64,000 nucleotides of DNA from an uncultured cyanobacterium (GCA_963766075.1 CAVYAN010000026.1:30117-94116), one strand, 5' to 3'; numbered from the stretch's first letter, positions 41,891 through 54,619 are shown. Numbers and translations are program-made. The notes: generated from the letters alone by a model not told the origin.

Positions 41891-43084
41891 ATGACAGGTT
41901 TTCGTTGGTTCCTGAGATCTGGGTTAGCGGGGTTGGGGCGGTCTTCCGGGCGGCCTTGGTGGTTGGCAGTAGTGATTTGGTTAGTGGCGATCGCCCCAGC
42001 CCAGGCCGCACTGGAATTGCGCGTGGGCATTGAAGACGGCGTCAGTCAAGTCACCGTGGGCAGTTCGACGAAGGCGGTGGTGCGGGATGCTGCGGGTCAA
42101 CCGATTGGCGAAATTGCTCCGATGAATGCCTTTGTCGCGCAGCCACAGCAAGGTCAAGTGGTGCTCGATCGCTGGAAGTCATCCCTGATTTGGGTAGAGC
42201 CCACCGGAGGCGGCTTGGTGTTCATTGGCGATCGCTGGTATCGCGGCAAAACTCTCGTGGTCCCCACGGACAAAGGACTCACCGCCGTCAACTACGTTGA
42301 TCTGGAGCATTATCTCTACAGCGTTCTCGGGGGTGAAATGGGCAGCCGCTTTCCTCAAGAAGCCCTGAAGGCCCAGGCTGTAGCAGCCCGCTCCTACGCC
42401 CTGTACCAACGCCAAAAATCCCGCAGCACCTATTACGATGTCGGCGATACACCCGCGTGGCAAGTGTATAGCGGGGTTGCGGATGAATCCGCTGCTACCC
42501 TAACCGCCGTTGACGCCACCGCAGGCCAGGTGCTCACCTATAACAATGAAATTATCGAAGCGGTGTTTCACTCTTCAGCCGGTGGCTGCACAGAAAACGT
42601 CGAGGATGTTTGGACCGAGGCATTGCCATACCTGCGCGCTGCCACCAGTCCCGACGAAGGCACGCCCAACTATGAATGGACGGCCAGTTTTTCGGCCCAA
42701 GAGCTGAGCCAGCGGATCACCGGGGTCGGCAACATCGAGAAGATTGAAGTCGAGAAAGCAACCACCTGCGGGCGGGCCAAGGCGATCAAAGTTACAGGAG
42801 ATAAGGGCGTTCGCAGTCTGGATGGGGATGATTTTCGGTTAGCACTGAATCTGAAAAGTACCTTGATCAAGGGATTACAGGCGATCGAGAACCCAAGCAG
42901 TGCAGGCAAAGACAAGGCTAAGGAAGCGGGCACCACGATCCAAGTCCTAGGCCGAGGTTTTGGTCACGGGTTGGGCCTGAGTCAGTGGGGGGCGTATAAC
43001 CTAGCCCTCAAAGGCATTAACTACCAGGCTATTTTGAACCAGTACTACTTCAAAACCACACTGTCTAAGATCAAGGTGGAGTAA
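41891..43084 (+). CDS. SpoIID/LytB domain protein
   Basis: LEHYLYSVLGGEM, ALKAQAVAARSYA, GFGHGLGLSQWGA. Confidence 0.92.
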   Translation: MTGFRWFLRSGLAGLGRSSGRPWWLAVVIWLVAIAPAQAALELRVGIEDGVSQVTVGSSTKAVVRDAAGQPIGEIAPMNAFVAQPQQGQVVLDRWKSSLIWVEPTGGGLVFIGDRWYRGKTLVVPTDKGLTAVNYVDLEHYLYSVLGGEMGSRFPQEALKAQAVAARSYALYQRQKSRSTYYDVGDTPAWQVYSGVADESAATLTAVDATAGQVLTYNNEIIEAVFHSSAGGCTENVEDVWTEALPYLRAATSPDEGTPNYEWTASFSAQELSQRITGVGNIEKIEVEKATTCGRAKAIKVTGDKGVRSLDGDDFRLALNLKSTLIKGLQAIENPSSAGKDKAKEAGTTIQVLGRGFGHGLGLSQWGAYNLALKGINYQAILNQYYFKTTLSKIKVE

Positions 43085-43378
43085 GTGAGAGATCCCGTGG
43101 AAGATCAGGCTGCCACAGATCACTATGCTCTGGCGGCCATTGTTCAACAAATTGGGGAAGCAGTTCTCGCCAGTACAGACACCGTAGATAGTCTGGCGCA
43201 ACGCGTGGATGCCTTAGCCCATCAAGTGCAGCAGCAAGGCTATCAAATCTTTGCGCTCAGCGATGCCGTGCAAACGTTAGCAGAAAGCCAGGATGAATCT
43301 TTGAAGCGACTGGATAAACTCACTCACATTTTGGAACGCTTGGTGATCGCCATTGAGCAGCCAGAGGAGGATAACTAG
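43085..43378 (+). CDS. Small coiled-coil hypothetical protein
   Basis: Abuts the spoIID stop; heptad pattern. Confidence 0.7.
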   Translation: MRDPVEDQAATDHYALAAIVQQIGEAVLASTDTVDSLAQRVDALAHQVQQQGYQIFALSDAVQTLAESQDESLKRLDKLTHILERLVIAIEQPEEDN

Positions 43379-43516
43379 TCGAGGATGACCAGTCAGACAC
43401 CATTATGACCAGCGCCATGTATGGCGCTCTTGCTCAAACACCCATAGAGCGCTATGGATGGCGCTCTGCTTCATTATGGGACACCGTAAACCTGCCGCCT
43501 AGGGCGGATTAGCGCT

Positions 43517-43891
43517 CTAGGCGGCGCGCAGGACTGGAAAAAGCGGCAATAGTATTTCGACGGGGGCAATTTCTGCTAGATCCTGATCGTCGTAACAGTC
43601 CAATACTTGATCCAACTGGGTGATTTCAAAAATTAGCCGCACCGACGGGTGGAGATGGCAAATTGCCAACCGGCACTTTCGTTTAGCCGCCAGTTTCAAC
43701 CCTGTCACGAGGGCAACAATGCCACAGCTATCAATGAAATCGACCTGAGCTAGGTCCAAAATCCATAGGCTGAAGCGGTCCGCTTCAAGGGCGGCCAGTT
43801 CCTGCTGTAAAATTGCACAGGTTTGGGCATCTAAGCGTCCCTGAAGCCGTAATACAACTGACTCACTCACATTCACTTTGCTTACACTCAT
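43517..43891 (-). CDS. STAS domain protein (anti-sigma factor antagonist)
   Basis: LQGRLDA, LDLAQVDFIDSCG, FEITQLD. Confidence 0.88.
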   Translation of the reverse strand: MSVSKVNVSESVVLRLQGRLDAQTCAILQQELAALEADRFSLWILDLAQVDFIDSCGIVALVTGLKLAAKRKCRLAICHLHPSVRLIFEITQLDQVLDCYDDQDLAEIAPVEILLPLFPVLRAA

Positions 43892-44500
43892 AGCTCTTAA
43901 ATCCTGTAGACAGCAATTCTGACAACGGGACAACGAAAAGCCTGCTCCTTGACCCGGCAGGAGAACAGGTCCGAAAATCAATCGCTATAGATCGTTATGA
44001 TCGCCTAGCCCAAAAGCCAAGCCAAAATCTGCAAGGGCAGAACCGAAGAGAAATGACAATGAGGTAATCACTAATTCGATGTCGAGATATCGATGTTAGC
44101 GCTTACCTGTTCTCCGTCTTTTCACTGAGTCCATCCCGATGTCACCAACTATATTAAGTTCGACTGTTGGAACCGGGATTATCTCAGTGCCTTCACTGAA
44201 TCTTTATGCTTCAGGCATTGAAGTTACCATGTTTTATGAATTCTTGATAACCTAGAGAAAAATGCATCTTTTGATACGGTTATTTGACGATTTTGGTACG
44301 GGTATCAGCATAGCTGAGCCTTAATCGGTTCTGGAAACTCCGCTTCGCCGGTGCCGGTGAGCGTGAGCAGATTAGGCTGGCGTAAACCCACGTGAACCAA
44401 AATAGAGACTAGGACAATAGGGTTGACAGAATATCATTGACAGACTCTGGACTGGCGCGTCAAGATTAACGAGAAGGATGAAATTTTGTAAAGGCTGCCC

Positions 44501-45175
44501 ATGTCTTTTGAGTTTATTTCAATTGAGCTGATCCAGGAACTCGCTCAGCAGTATGGCTACTGGGCCGTTTTCTTAGGGATTTTGCTGGAGAATATTGGAT
44601 TGCCGATCCCTGGTGAAACCTTGACCTTGGCCGGGGGATTTCTGGCCGGTAGTGATCAGCTAAATTACTGGATTGTGCTGGGCGATGCCATTTCTGGCGC
44701 TACTATTGGCGGCAATATTGGTTATTGGATTGGGCGCTGGGGGGGTTGGACAATGCTGGTCAGCATTAGCAAGTTCTTACGTGTGCCGGAGGCGCAGTTG
44801 CAGACCCTCAGGATTCAGTTTACTGAAAATGCCGGAAAGACCGTATTCGTGGGGCGGTTTATTGCCTTGTTGCGCGTTTTTGCCAGCCCTTTAGCCGGGA
44901 TAGTGGAAATGCCCTATTGGCGCTTTCTGCTGTTCAATACTCTGGGGGCGACGGTTTGGGCGGCGGTGATGGTAACCTTGTCTTTTTTTGCTGGCCAATT
45001 TGTGCCTTTAGAAAAGTTGGTGGGCTGGGCCAGTCAATTTGCGGTGGTGACCCTAGTGATTGTGGCGGCTTGGATTGGTGTGCCGTTCTGGTTAGAGTCG
45101 CGTAAGGCTAAGGAAATGGCGATCGCAGAGGCGAGCGAGGCCGTGGTCAAGCATCCCGTCGGGTCGGTCGATTAG
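44501..45175 (+). CDS. DedA family membrane protein
   Basis: ENIGLPIPGE, GRFIALLR. Confidence 0.92.
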   Translation: MSFEFISIELIQELAQQYGYWAVFLGILLENIGLPIPGETLTLAGGFLAGSDQLNYWIVLGDAISGATIGGNIGYWIGRWGGWTMLVSISKFLRVPEAQLQTLRIQFTENAGKTVFVGRFIALLRVFASPLAGIVEMPYWRFLLFNTLGATVWAAVMVTLSFFAGQFVPLEKLVGWASQFAVVTLVIVAAWIGVPFWLESRKAKEMAIAEASEAVVKHPVGSVD

Positions 45176-45463
45176 TTCGGCCCCTGGCAGGATGCATTGC
45201 AACTCAGCCGAGTCTTGGCTGTAGCGTTTAACAGATCGAGATTTCAGAAATTTCAGCCCTTGGCTTCGGAGAGAGGTCAAGGGCTTCTGCATGGAAGACT
45301 ATGTAGATCGATCCAGATAGAGGGAGATGGCGGTAATTGGTGTCAAGCATGGCGGTTCAGACGTGGCGATTCAGAACGTAAATTCATTTGGGTGATGTCG
45401 CGGAATGAGACCGGGACAGTGAAACCATAGAACGCGGCGGCAACTGATGAAACGGATAGACCT

Positions 45464-47452
45464 ATGCCAGTGAGAATCCAGTTTGGACGAGAAGTGTGTG
45501 GTGACCTAGAGTTGGCGCAAGGGAGGGAATGGTTGGTTACCAATGGCATGGGGAGCTATGCGGCAGGGACGGTGGCGGGCGTGCTGACGCGGCGCTACCA
45601 TGGACTGCTGATTGCGGCGCTCAAACCGCCGTTGGAGCGGACCCTGCTGCTGACGAAGTTAGATGATACGGTGCTGTATGGCGATCGCTTCTATCCGCTG
45701 CATACCAATCGCTGGACGGACAATACGGTGGGTCCCCATGGCTATCGCCATATTGAGCGCTTTTCCTTGGATGGGATGATTCCCACCTGGCGGTATGGCT
45801 GCGGGGATGCCCTGTTGGAAAAGCGGATTTGGATGCATCCTGGAGAAAATACGACCTATGTCTACTATCAGTTGCTGCGGGCAACTCAGCCGTTGACCCT
45901 GACGGTGAAGGCGCTGGTTAACTATCGGGATCATCATGGGGAAACCCAGTCCCAGGATTGGCGGATGACGATTGTGCCGATTGATCAGGGCATTTGTGTG
46001 GCGGCCTATCCGGAGGCGGTACAGTTTCAGATCATGAGCGATCGCGCTGAAGTCACCCCCATGCACGATTGGTACTATGGCTTTGATTTAGCGGCAGAGC
46101 GACAGCGGGGATTGGGCGATCGCGATGACAATCTCCATGCGGGCACTTTTCAAGTCACCCTACAGCCCGGAGCCTCGGTTACGTTTGCTGCGAGTACGGA
46201 ACGTAAGCCCAGACTAGACGGCGAAGTAGCCCTTAAACTGCGACAAACCTATGAGCAAAAGTTAATCAGTATCTGGCGGAGCAGTCGCTCTGCAGAAGCC
46301 AAGGATCCTGCCGCCATGCCCCAGCAGTTGGTTCTGGCGGCAGACCAATTCATTGTCAATCGCCACACTCCAGAAGAACCGTCAGGCAAGACAGTGATTG
46401 CAGGCTATCCCTGGTTTAGCGACTGGGGTCGAGATACGATGATTAGTCTGCCGGGGCTGGCCCTCTGTACGGGGCGTCCGGAGGTGGCACGCTCTGTTCT
46501 CCGCACCTTTGCGCGCTTTGTGGATCAGGGCATGATTCCCAATCGGTTTCCCGATGCCGGTGCGGTGCCGGAATACAATACGGTGGATGCGACCCTATGG
46601 TTCTTTGAAGCGGTTCGGGCTTATTACGCGGCGACCCAAGATGATGATTTAGTCCAGGAACTGTTTCCGGCCCTGTCGGAAATCATTGATTGGCACTGCC
46701 GAGGGACACGGTTCAATATTCATTTGGATCCTGCCGATGGGCTGCTGTACGCCGGGGAGGCGGGAACCCAACTCACCTGGATGGATGCCAAGGTCGGGGA
46801 CTGGGTGGTGACCCCACGCATGGGTAAGCCGATTGAGGTGAATGCGCTGTGGTATAACGCCCTCCGAACGATGGCTCAATTGTCGCGGTTGGTGGGTAAG
46901 CCGCATCAGGAGTATGAGGCGATCGCCGATCGGGCCTTGGCCCGCTTTAGTCGGTTTTGGGATGATCGACTCGGCTACTGCTATGACGTACTGGATGGTC
47001 CAATGGGCGATGATGATGCCCTCCGGCCCAATCAAATTTTTGCGGTTTCACTGCCGGAAAGTCCGCTGACTCCCGCGCAGCAGAAGGGGGTTGTCGATGT
47101 TTGTGGGCGATCGCTGCTGACGTCCCACGGGCTGCGATCGCTCTCACCGGACCACACCGCCTATTGTGGACACTATCGTGGCAATCGTCTCGAGCGGGAT
47201 GGTGCCTACCATCAGGGGACAGTCTGGGGCTGGCTGATCGGTCCCTACGCCTTGGCGCACCTGCGCGTCTACCAGAACCCTGCTAGGGCTAGGGAGTTTC
47301 TAGAACCGATGGCCAACCATCTGAATAGCCATGGCCTAGGTAGCCTGAGCGAGATTTTTGACGGCGAAGCGCCATTTCCCCCCCACGGATGCATTGCCCA
47401 GGCTTGGACCGTAGCAGAGGTGCTGCGGGCTTGGTTAGCAACAGAAGGATGA
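45464..47452 (+). CDS. Glycogen debranching enzyme (amylo-alpha-1,6-glucosidase)
   Basis: REWLVTNG, AGYPWFSDWGRD, TWMDA, YHQGTVW, QAW. Confidence 0.92.
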   Translation: MPVRIQFGREVCGDLELAQGREWLVTNGMGSYAAGTVAGVLTRRYHGLLIAALKPPLERTLLLTKLDDTVLYGDRFYPLHTNRWTDNTVGPHGYRHIERFSLDGMIPTWRYGCGDALLEKRIWMHPGENTTYVYYQLLRATQPLTLTVKALVNYRDHHGETQSQDWRMTIVPIDQGICVAAYPEAVQFQIMSDRAEVTPMHDWYYGFDLAAERQRGLGDRDDNLHAGTFQVTLQPGASVTFAASTERKPRLDGEVALKLRQTYEQKLISIWRSSRSAEAKDPAAMPQQLVLAADQFIVNRHTPEEPSGKTVIAGYPWFSDWGRDTMISLPGLALCTGRPEVARSVLRTFARFVDQGMIPNRFPDAGAVPEYNTVDATLWFFEAVRAYYAATQDDDLVQELFPALSEIIDWHCRGTRFNIHLDPADGLLYAGEAGTQLTWMDAKVGDWVVTPRMGKPIEVNALWYNALRTMAQLSRLVGKPHQEYEAIADRALARFSRFWDDRLGYCYDVLDGPMGDDDALRPNQIFAVSLPESPLTPAQQKGVVDVCGRSLLTSHGLRSLSPDHTAYCGHYRGNRLERDGAYHQGTVWGWLIGPYALAHLRVYQNPARAREFLEPMANHLNSHGLGSLSEIFDGEAPFPPHGCIAQAWTVAEVLRAWLATEG

Positions 47453-47469
47453 AATCCTTAATTGGCTTG

Positions 47470-48087
47470 CTACGTTTGAATGGCAGTAATGGATTTGGTC
47501 AGAAAAAATAATTTTTCTTCGTACAGGTGGGCTTTGCGGAAAAGCTGCTGCATTTGCTGGCGATCCAGGAGACAAATCTCTTCAAAGGGCAATCCGTGCT
47601 TTTTGACCCAAGAAAATGGCCACGTGTGATGAATGCGGCGCTGCCAGCGTTCGGGAAGATATTGATAGAACGGAAAATTGTAGTGCGGTTCGATGGGGAA
47701 GTGTTTGTAGGGGGTTTGGATCCAGTAGGCTTTACCCACCCGCTGAATTTCCTGGGCAACCTGGGTTTGGGCCGCAAAGTTGCCCACATGCTCGATTAGA
47801 GAGTTGGAAAATACGATATCGAAATATTGATCGGCAAAGGGAATGCAGCGGGCATCGGCGCACACATAGTGATGATGGGGTTGGGTGAGCTGGGGCAGGA
47901 CGATCGCCTCTGGATATAGGTTGAGGTAGGTGACCTCGCACCGGACTAAATCACTGCAAAAAGAAGACCAAGGGGTACCGCCTAAATCCAGGATTTTTTT
48001 GCCCCCGGCCTGTAAACCAAACCGGGCATAGAACAGATTTTTCCGCTGGTTCCGCAGATTCTGGGAGAATGTGTCGATAAATTGCAT
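47470..48087 (-). CDS. Class I SAM-dependent methyltransferase
   Basis: ILDLGG, FDIVFSNSLIEHV, TP..FPIEPH. Confidence 0.85.
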   Translation of the reverse strand: MQFIDTFSQNLRNQRKNLFYARFGLQAGGKKILDLGGTPWSSFCSDLVRCEVTYLNLYPEAIVLPQLTQPHHHYVCADARCIPFADQYFDIVFSNSLIEHVGNFAAQTQVAQEIQRVGKAYWIQTPYKHFPIEPHYNFPFYQYLPERWQRRIHHTWPFSWVKKHGLPFEEICLLDRQQMQQLFRKAHLYEEKLFFLTKSITAIQT

Positions 48088-48219
48088 TAATAGCGCTTCA
48101 TTTTTGGGTATTTTTAGGCAGGGCTGATCTGAGCCGGGGCCACTGCCCGAGTTGGTACGGGCCGATCAGCGGTATTGGTCTGGTTGAAATCGTTTTATTG
48201 TAGAGTGTCTTTCTGGACT

Positions 48220-50859
48220 ATGGCTCCAAACTCTGACTCTGTGGTGCCGGTGGCTGGGAAGCCAGTCTCTTCCCGAGGGCGACTGATTGCGCTGTTGGCG
48301 GCGGTGTTTTACGGCCTGTTTACCTTGGTGCCGGATAGTAGCAGTCTGGTTTTGGCTTGGCCTTGGGTATTTTTGTGGCAAGTTGGGTTCGTCTGTCCGG
48401 TGCTGTGGCTGCTCGCCATGCTGTGGCAGGGCACGGGGCGATCGCTGCACAATCGGTTGGACTGGCTGGTGCTGGTGCTGGTGCTGGGCCTTGTGGTGTC
48501 TTCGCTATTTGCTAAATTTCCCATGCAGGCGCGATGGTCCAGTTGGGCTGTCCTGTGTGCCCTAGCGGCGCTCTATGCCCTCAGCAGTTGGGTGACATCG
48601 GAGGGCCGTCGCCGGGGCGTCTTGCTGGCCCAGACCTATCTAGGCTTGGCATTTATTGGGGTGAGTTTATGGCTATGGATCTCGGGAACCCTGCTGCCCG
48701 AGCTGAATCGACTGCATGCATTACGCCAGCAGTATGGCGTGTCCCTGCCGTTCAGTTTTGCCGCGTTGGAGCTGCGGAATTGGGCACCGCTAGGGCATCA
48801 GAATGCAGTAGCAGGCTATTTGGCGCTGCTACTGCCCTTGTTAATTGCGGGGGCAACAGTGCAGGCGGGGCGGCAACGCTGGCTCTGGTGGGGCGGAGTC
48901 GGGCTAGGTTTCCTGGATCTGTATACGACGGGATCGCGCGCCCCTTTGCTGGGGTTTGCGGTGCTGGGGGTCTTGGGTGGGGGCGTGGCGATCAGCCAGG
49001 GATGGATTTCCCGTCGCGGCGCTGCGATCGCAGGGTTGGGGATCCTGGGCCTGTTGGCGCTGGTGGTCGTGATGAACAATCGTCTGCGTGATGTGGTCGT
49101 CAATCTGTTCACCCAACAGTCGGGTGGGGGCGATCTGACCTATCGGGTGATTACCAACGCGGTGGGCTGGCAAATGGGCAGTCGCCATCCGTGGACAGGG
49201 ATTGGCCTGGGCGGCGTACCGTTGCAATATCAGGGCTATCGCCCGGTGTGGGCAGGCCGAGAAGCGGAATTAACGCAGCAGTTACACAGTACACCCGCCC
49301 AGTTGTGGGCAGAGTTGGGGATTTGGGCTGTGGTGGTTGGACTGGGGGCGATCGCCCTGTTGACGGCCCTGAGTTGGCGTTGGTTGCAAACCTGCGATCC
49401 GAAGGCCAAACCCCTTGACCGTCTGCTGCTCGGGAGCCTAGGGGGACTGGTGACCTACGGCGTTGTGAGTCTGACGGATTACCAACTGGATATTGTGGCG
49501 ATCGCCGGGACGTTGATTGTGTACCTGGCCGTGATCATTGCCACGTTCCGGGATCAAGCCCCACAGCCAACAGTGCCGAGGATCGAGGCAGCGGTGGAAG
49601 GCGTTCCGTCGCGATCGCAGCGGGACACGTTCCCCGTGGACTACTATCAATGGGTGGTGCGCCGATGGCAATCCCAGCCCGCTCTCTTGCCCCTGGCTGG
49701 ATTGGGACTACTCATGGCGGTGCTGCTCTGGCTAATCCCGATTCATCGGGCCTGGATGTTGTCTAATCAGGGGTTTTTGGCGCTGCGACAGGATGATTTC
49801 AACGGCTTTGCCCAGCGGTTGGAGCAGGCGACTCAATTAGCCCCCTGGGAACCATATTATCCCTACCAGTTGGGATGGAATTTGAGCGATCGCAGCCTCA
49901 GCACCCAGGATCCTGCCCTGCAACTGAGGCTGCTGGATGATGGCATTGCCTGGTTTAGGCAGGGCAATCAAATTTCACCCGATCAAGAATTTGGCCATAC
50001 CAACCTGGGCTGGCTGCTCGTGAATCAGAATCCCCAGGCTGCGAGCCAAGAATTTGGCCGCTCAGCCCGGTTGATGCCGGCGAAGCGGGGCCTATTTTAT
50101 GGGTTGGGAGTCAGCTTGCTTCTGCAAGGGAAGAAAGACTGGGCAACCGAGGCCCTAGCCCTAGAAGCACTGCGTGATCCAACCTTCATCACGAGTCCTC
50201 TTTGGCAACTCAAGGAATTGCAGCCGCTCCTCAAACCCGTTTTAGACCGCATGGAAACGCAGTATAGCGCCGGAGTTCGCCAGCAGCCTCAGTTAGCGCT
50301 GTGGCATCAACTGCGCGGTGGGTTGCGGTGGTGGCGGGGCGATCTGGCTGGGGCCGAGGCCGATCTCGCGGAATTTGGCGATCCCGCCAGTCGCATGGTG
50401 CTGGCAGTGGCTGCGGGAAAATCGGTGCAGGCAGAGTGGGCGCAGTTGCCAAATTCCCCTGGCAAGTGGGCGATCGCGGCCTGGTTGGATCCCGCTAAGC
50501 GCCGAGACTCGCTCCGAACCGCTTGGATTTGGGCGCAACGGACTGATCCCCCGGCGATCGTACTGCAACAGTTGGAGGAAGCCATGGGGCGATCGACGAG
50601 TTTGGACCAATGGCTGAAGCAAAATGCCCCCAGCCGCTCCTACCGCCGAGAACGATCGGGCTTTGGCGTCATCAGCCGTCATATTGACGGACCGATCCCC
50701 GTGGATTTCCTGAAAGTGGTAGAAAATATTCCCGTCACCCAATTTTTTGATCGCTTAATTCCCCGGTCCCTAGATTTTGTTCCAGAACTTGACAACGCTT
50801 TGCAGCCGCAGCGAGAAGCCCTGCTGGCGAAGGTTCTGCATCAGAGCACCGGGGGTTGA
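48220..50859 (+). CDS. O-antigen ligase family protein with TPR-like C-terminus
   Basis: PLGHQN, TGSR, GIGLG, QLHSTPAQLWAELG; many TM helices. Confidence 0.85.
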   Translation: MAPNSDSVVPVAGKPVSSRGRLIALLAAVFYGLFTLVPDSSSLVLAWPWVFLWQVGFVCPVLWLLAMLWQGTGRSLHNRLDWLVLVLVLGLVVSSLFAKFPMQARWSSWAVLCALAALYALSSWVTSEGRRRGVLLAQTYLGLAFIGVSLWLWISGTLLPELNRLHALRQQYGVSLPFSFAALELRNWAPLGHQNAVAGYLALLLPLLIAGATVQAGRQRWLWWGGVGLGFLDLYTTGSRAPLLGFAVLGVLGGGVAISQGWISRRGAAIAGLGILGLLALVVVMNNRLRDVVVNLFTQQSGGGDLTYRVITNAVGWQMGSRHPWTGIGLGGVPLQYQGYRPVWAGREAELTQQLHSTPAQLWAELGIWAVVVGLGAIALLTALSWRWLQTCDPKAKPLDRLLLGSLGGLVTYGVVSLTDYQLDIVAIAGTLIVYLAVIIATFRDQAPQPTVPRIEAAVEGVPSRSQRDTFPVDYYQWVVRRWQSQPALLPLAGLGLLMAVLLWLIPIHRAWMLSNQGFLALRQDDFNGFAQRLEQATQLAPWEPYYPYQLGWNLSDRSLSTQDPALQLRLLDDGIAWFRQGNQISPDQEFGHTNLGWLLVNQNPQAASQEFGRSARLMPAKRGLFYGLGVSLLLQGKKDWATEALALEALRDPTFITSPLWQLKELQPLLKPVLDRMETQYSAGVRQQPQLALWHQLRGGLRWWRGDLAGAEADLAEFGDPASRMVLAVAAGKSVQAEWAQLPNSPGKWAIAAWLDPAKRRDSLRTAWIWAQRTDPPAIVLQQLEEAMGRSTSLDQWLKQNAPSRSYRRERSGFGVISRHIDGPIPVDFLKVVENIPVTQFFDRLIPRSLDFVPELDNALQPQREALLAKVLHQSTGG

Positions 50860-50876
50860 CCCATTCAGTGAGTGTG

Positions 50877-51641
50877 ATGAATCCCCTGACTTTTCTGCCC
50901 CATCAGCCCCAGCCCACCCTACCCTTGCTGATCTTAGTGGCGGGGATGGACAGTACGGGTAAACTGATGCATCGACAAGCCCGTCTGCTCCAATCCGACT
51001 TTGATGTGCGCTGTTTAACCATTCCGATGGATGACTGTAGCCCTTGGGACGTCCTGACGCAGTGGGCTGTGCAGCGGGTATCCCAGGTGCAGCAGTCTAC
51101 GCCACCACGCTCCGTTTTTCTTTGTGGGGAATCCTTTGGGGCTTGTTTGGCCTTAAAAATGGTGGCGGCGGCTCCAGAACTCTGCGATCGCTTAATTTTA
51201 GTCAACTCGGCTTCGGCCTTTAGTCAGCAGAGTTGGTTGGTCTGGGGTAGCCAGGTCAATCGATGGTTTCCTGCCCCGCTGCATCGGCTATCGGCGGTGG
51301 CAGCGGTGGCAGTGCTCAGTCGGCTGGAGCGGCTGACCGTCAGCGATCGCCAGCTCTTTGTGGAGGTGGTGCGGACAATTCCCCAGGCCACCTCCCACTG
51401 GCGATTTTCCCTACTGCGCCAGTTTCAGATGCCAGACACGGCTCTGCGCCAAATCTACCAACCCACCCTCGTGATTGCCAGCGCCCGGGATTCCGTGCTG
51501 CCCTCCATTACCGAAGCCCAGCGCCTTGCCAAACAAATGCCCGCCGCCCAGGTGGTCACCCTCCCAGACAGCGGACACTCTTGCCTGATTGAAGCATCCT
51601 TCAATCTCTTAGCGATTATGAAAGACCATCAGTTTCAGTAA
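50877..51641 (+). CDS. Alpha/beta hydrolase
   Basis: GMDSTG, GESFGA, SGH. Confidence 0.85.
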   Translation: MNPLTFLPHQPQPTLPLLILVAGMDSTGKLMHRQARLLQSDFDVRCLTIPMDDCSPWDVLTQWAVQRVSQVQQSTPPRSVFLCGESFGACLALKMVAAAPELCDRLILVNSASAFSQQSWLVWGSQVNRWFPAPLHRLSAVAAVAVLSRLERLTVSDRQLFVEVVRTIPQATSHWRFSLLRQFQMPDTALRQIYQPTLVIASARDSVLPSITEAQRLAKQMPAAQVVTLPDSGHSCLIEASFNLLAIMKDHQFQ

Positions 51642-51672
51642 TTTTGGATTTTGGATTGAATCCAAAGTCCAA
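51642..51672. terminator. STRR-like (TTTTGGA)n hairpin between convergent genes
   Basis: TTTTGGATTTTGGATTGAATCCAAAGTCCAA. Confidence 0.5.
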
Positions 51673-51677
51673 CTGTT

Positions 51678-53042
<1,365 letters not shown>

Positions 53043-53318
53043 TCACGAACAGATGCTCGTGGGTATAGCCCGGTAGAGTGATCCCGGTAGGCGAGCCAGC
53101 CGCCTTAATGGCACGGCATAACTCACTTAGCCTGTCCCAGTCTATCGGCTTCCGCCAAGAGATGGCTCAGAAATTGATGGGATTTTCAGGGCGCGATCGC
53201 GAATTTTACGGATAGCCGAACCCAGGATTGTACGGTAGCAACCCCTTTTGAATGGTTGGCGAGCCCCGAGGTTAGCCCCACCCGCACCCGATTGCCGCCG
53301 ATTTTTAAATAGTTCTGC

Positions 53319-53759
53319 CTACCACTTTTTATAGGGCAGAAATTTGCCGTTCATCGTCACTTTGACGCGATCGCCCTTGGGATCTTCCACCTTGTCAATG
53401 TCCAGGGTAAAGTCAATCGCACTCATAATGCCATCGCCAAATTTCTCTTGGACCACAGCCTTCATGGGTAAGCCGTAGACCTGCATGATTTCGTAAAACC
53501 GATAGATAAAAGGATCCGTGGGAACAACCGGACCCAGTCCCTTGGTGGGAAATTCGGTGAGCGCGGTGGCCAGCTCGGCGGAAAGATCCAGCGCGGTGAG
53601 GAGTTTGCTAGCTTCTTCCGGAGAAGCACAGGCTTGCCCATAGAAAAGGGCCGCAATCCAGACTTCGTCACGCCCTAACAGGGTTTCAAGATCGGCAAAG
53701 CTCATCCCCTTGGCTTGTTTAGCGGCAAACAGGGTTTGGGAAATAGCAGGAGGTTGCAT
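53319..53759 (-). CDS. cynS: Cyanate hydratase (cyanase)
   Basis: [27 protein letters not shown]. Confidence 0.96.
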   Translation of the reverse strand: MQPPAISQTLFAAKQAKGMSFADLETLLGRDEVWIAALFYGQACASPEEASKLLTALDLSAELATALTEFPTKGLGPVVPTDPFIYRFYEIMQVYGLPMKAVVQEKFGDGIMSAIDFTLDIDKVEDPKGDRVKVTMNGKFLPYKKW

Positions 53760-53819
53760 AGAGCTGGAGAAAGGATAAATAGCGTCTACATTATGGGGAT
53801 AGGAAGGGTGGCAGGAAAA

Positions 53820-53833
53820 GTATTCAATGATAC
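53820..53833 (-). promoter_or_regulatory. NtcA binding site upstream of cynS
   Basis: GTA-TTCAATGA-TAC (GTA-N8-TAC) with CATAAT 24 nt downstream on the minus strand. Confidence 0.7.
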
Positions 53834-54052
53834 GGATTTGGACGCGGTGGCGACGGGGGTGGGCGATCGCTGGGAAGGCTGCCCGCAGTACCCCAAAATG
53901 CAGTGCCCCAAAATGCAGTACCCCCAAATTTGGATGCGGCATTCCCCTTGACCGGGCTGCGAGGATGGTCAAAAATTGGCAGGATGAGAGGACTCGGTGC
54001 GTCTGACGACGGAAACCAGATTGTGGGAGCCTGATGGCAAGAGGAGCGAACG

Positions 54053-54433
54053 ATGGCAGTAGTGGTGACGGCAGCAGAGTTGGGCCAGTTTCGAGATCTG
54101 CTGATGGAGTATCCCGAGGCCCTAGTGGCCCTGGAAGCGATCGCGGATTGCGAGGGCGACCTTGAGGATGCGGCGATTGGTTTGGCCATCAAGTTGGGAC
54201 AGCAACCGGATATCTGTGATGGGTGGCTGGATGGATTAGCCAAAAGCTGGCGACATGTGCTTTGCCAACCGCCAATCAAAGAAGCCTTAAGCCAGGGGGT
54301 AACGCCCAATATGCTGATCTCACTGACAGAATACACAACGCTCCCGTTGAAATTGGCAATTCCCGTGGCGATTTATGTCATCAAAACTGGGGTGCCGGAG
54401 TTTTGCCATTTGTTTGACGCAAAGATTCAGTAG
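54053..54433 (+). CDS. Conserved cyanobacterial hypothetical protein
   Basis: [11 protein letters not shown] motif; GAGGAG RBS. Confidence 0.78.
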   Translation: MAVVVTAAELGQFRDLLMEYPEALVALEAIADCEGDLEDAAIGLAIKLGQQPDICDGWLDGLAKSWRHVLCQPPIKEALSQGVTPNMLISLTEYTTLPLKLAIPVAIYVIKTGVPEFCHLFDAKIQ

Positions 54434-54619
54434 GGGGCAGGTGAGAGATATTTGACGCGATTATGTTTGACGCGATCGGGGTTGCCGTGCCACAACTGAG
54501 GAAGGTTCGGGAAAAGGTTCTGTTCTTGGTTTGGGCTTCGTTGCCCTGCTAGCAGCCAAACACCCTCTACAGCGAACCCTCTCCCGCTAAACCATTGGCC
54601 ACACTGCTGCTTTTACCCT

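Noticed and set aside
43900..44500. ncRNA in the long STAS-dedA intergenic region (also 39290-39550 and 41450-41880)
   Set aside because: No recognisable RNA family or convincing extended structure; likely promoter DNA
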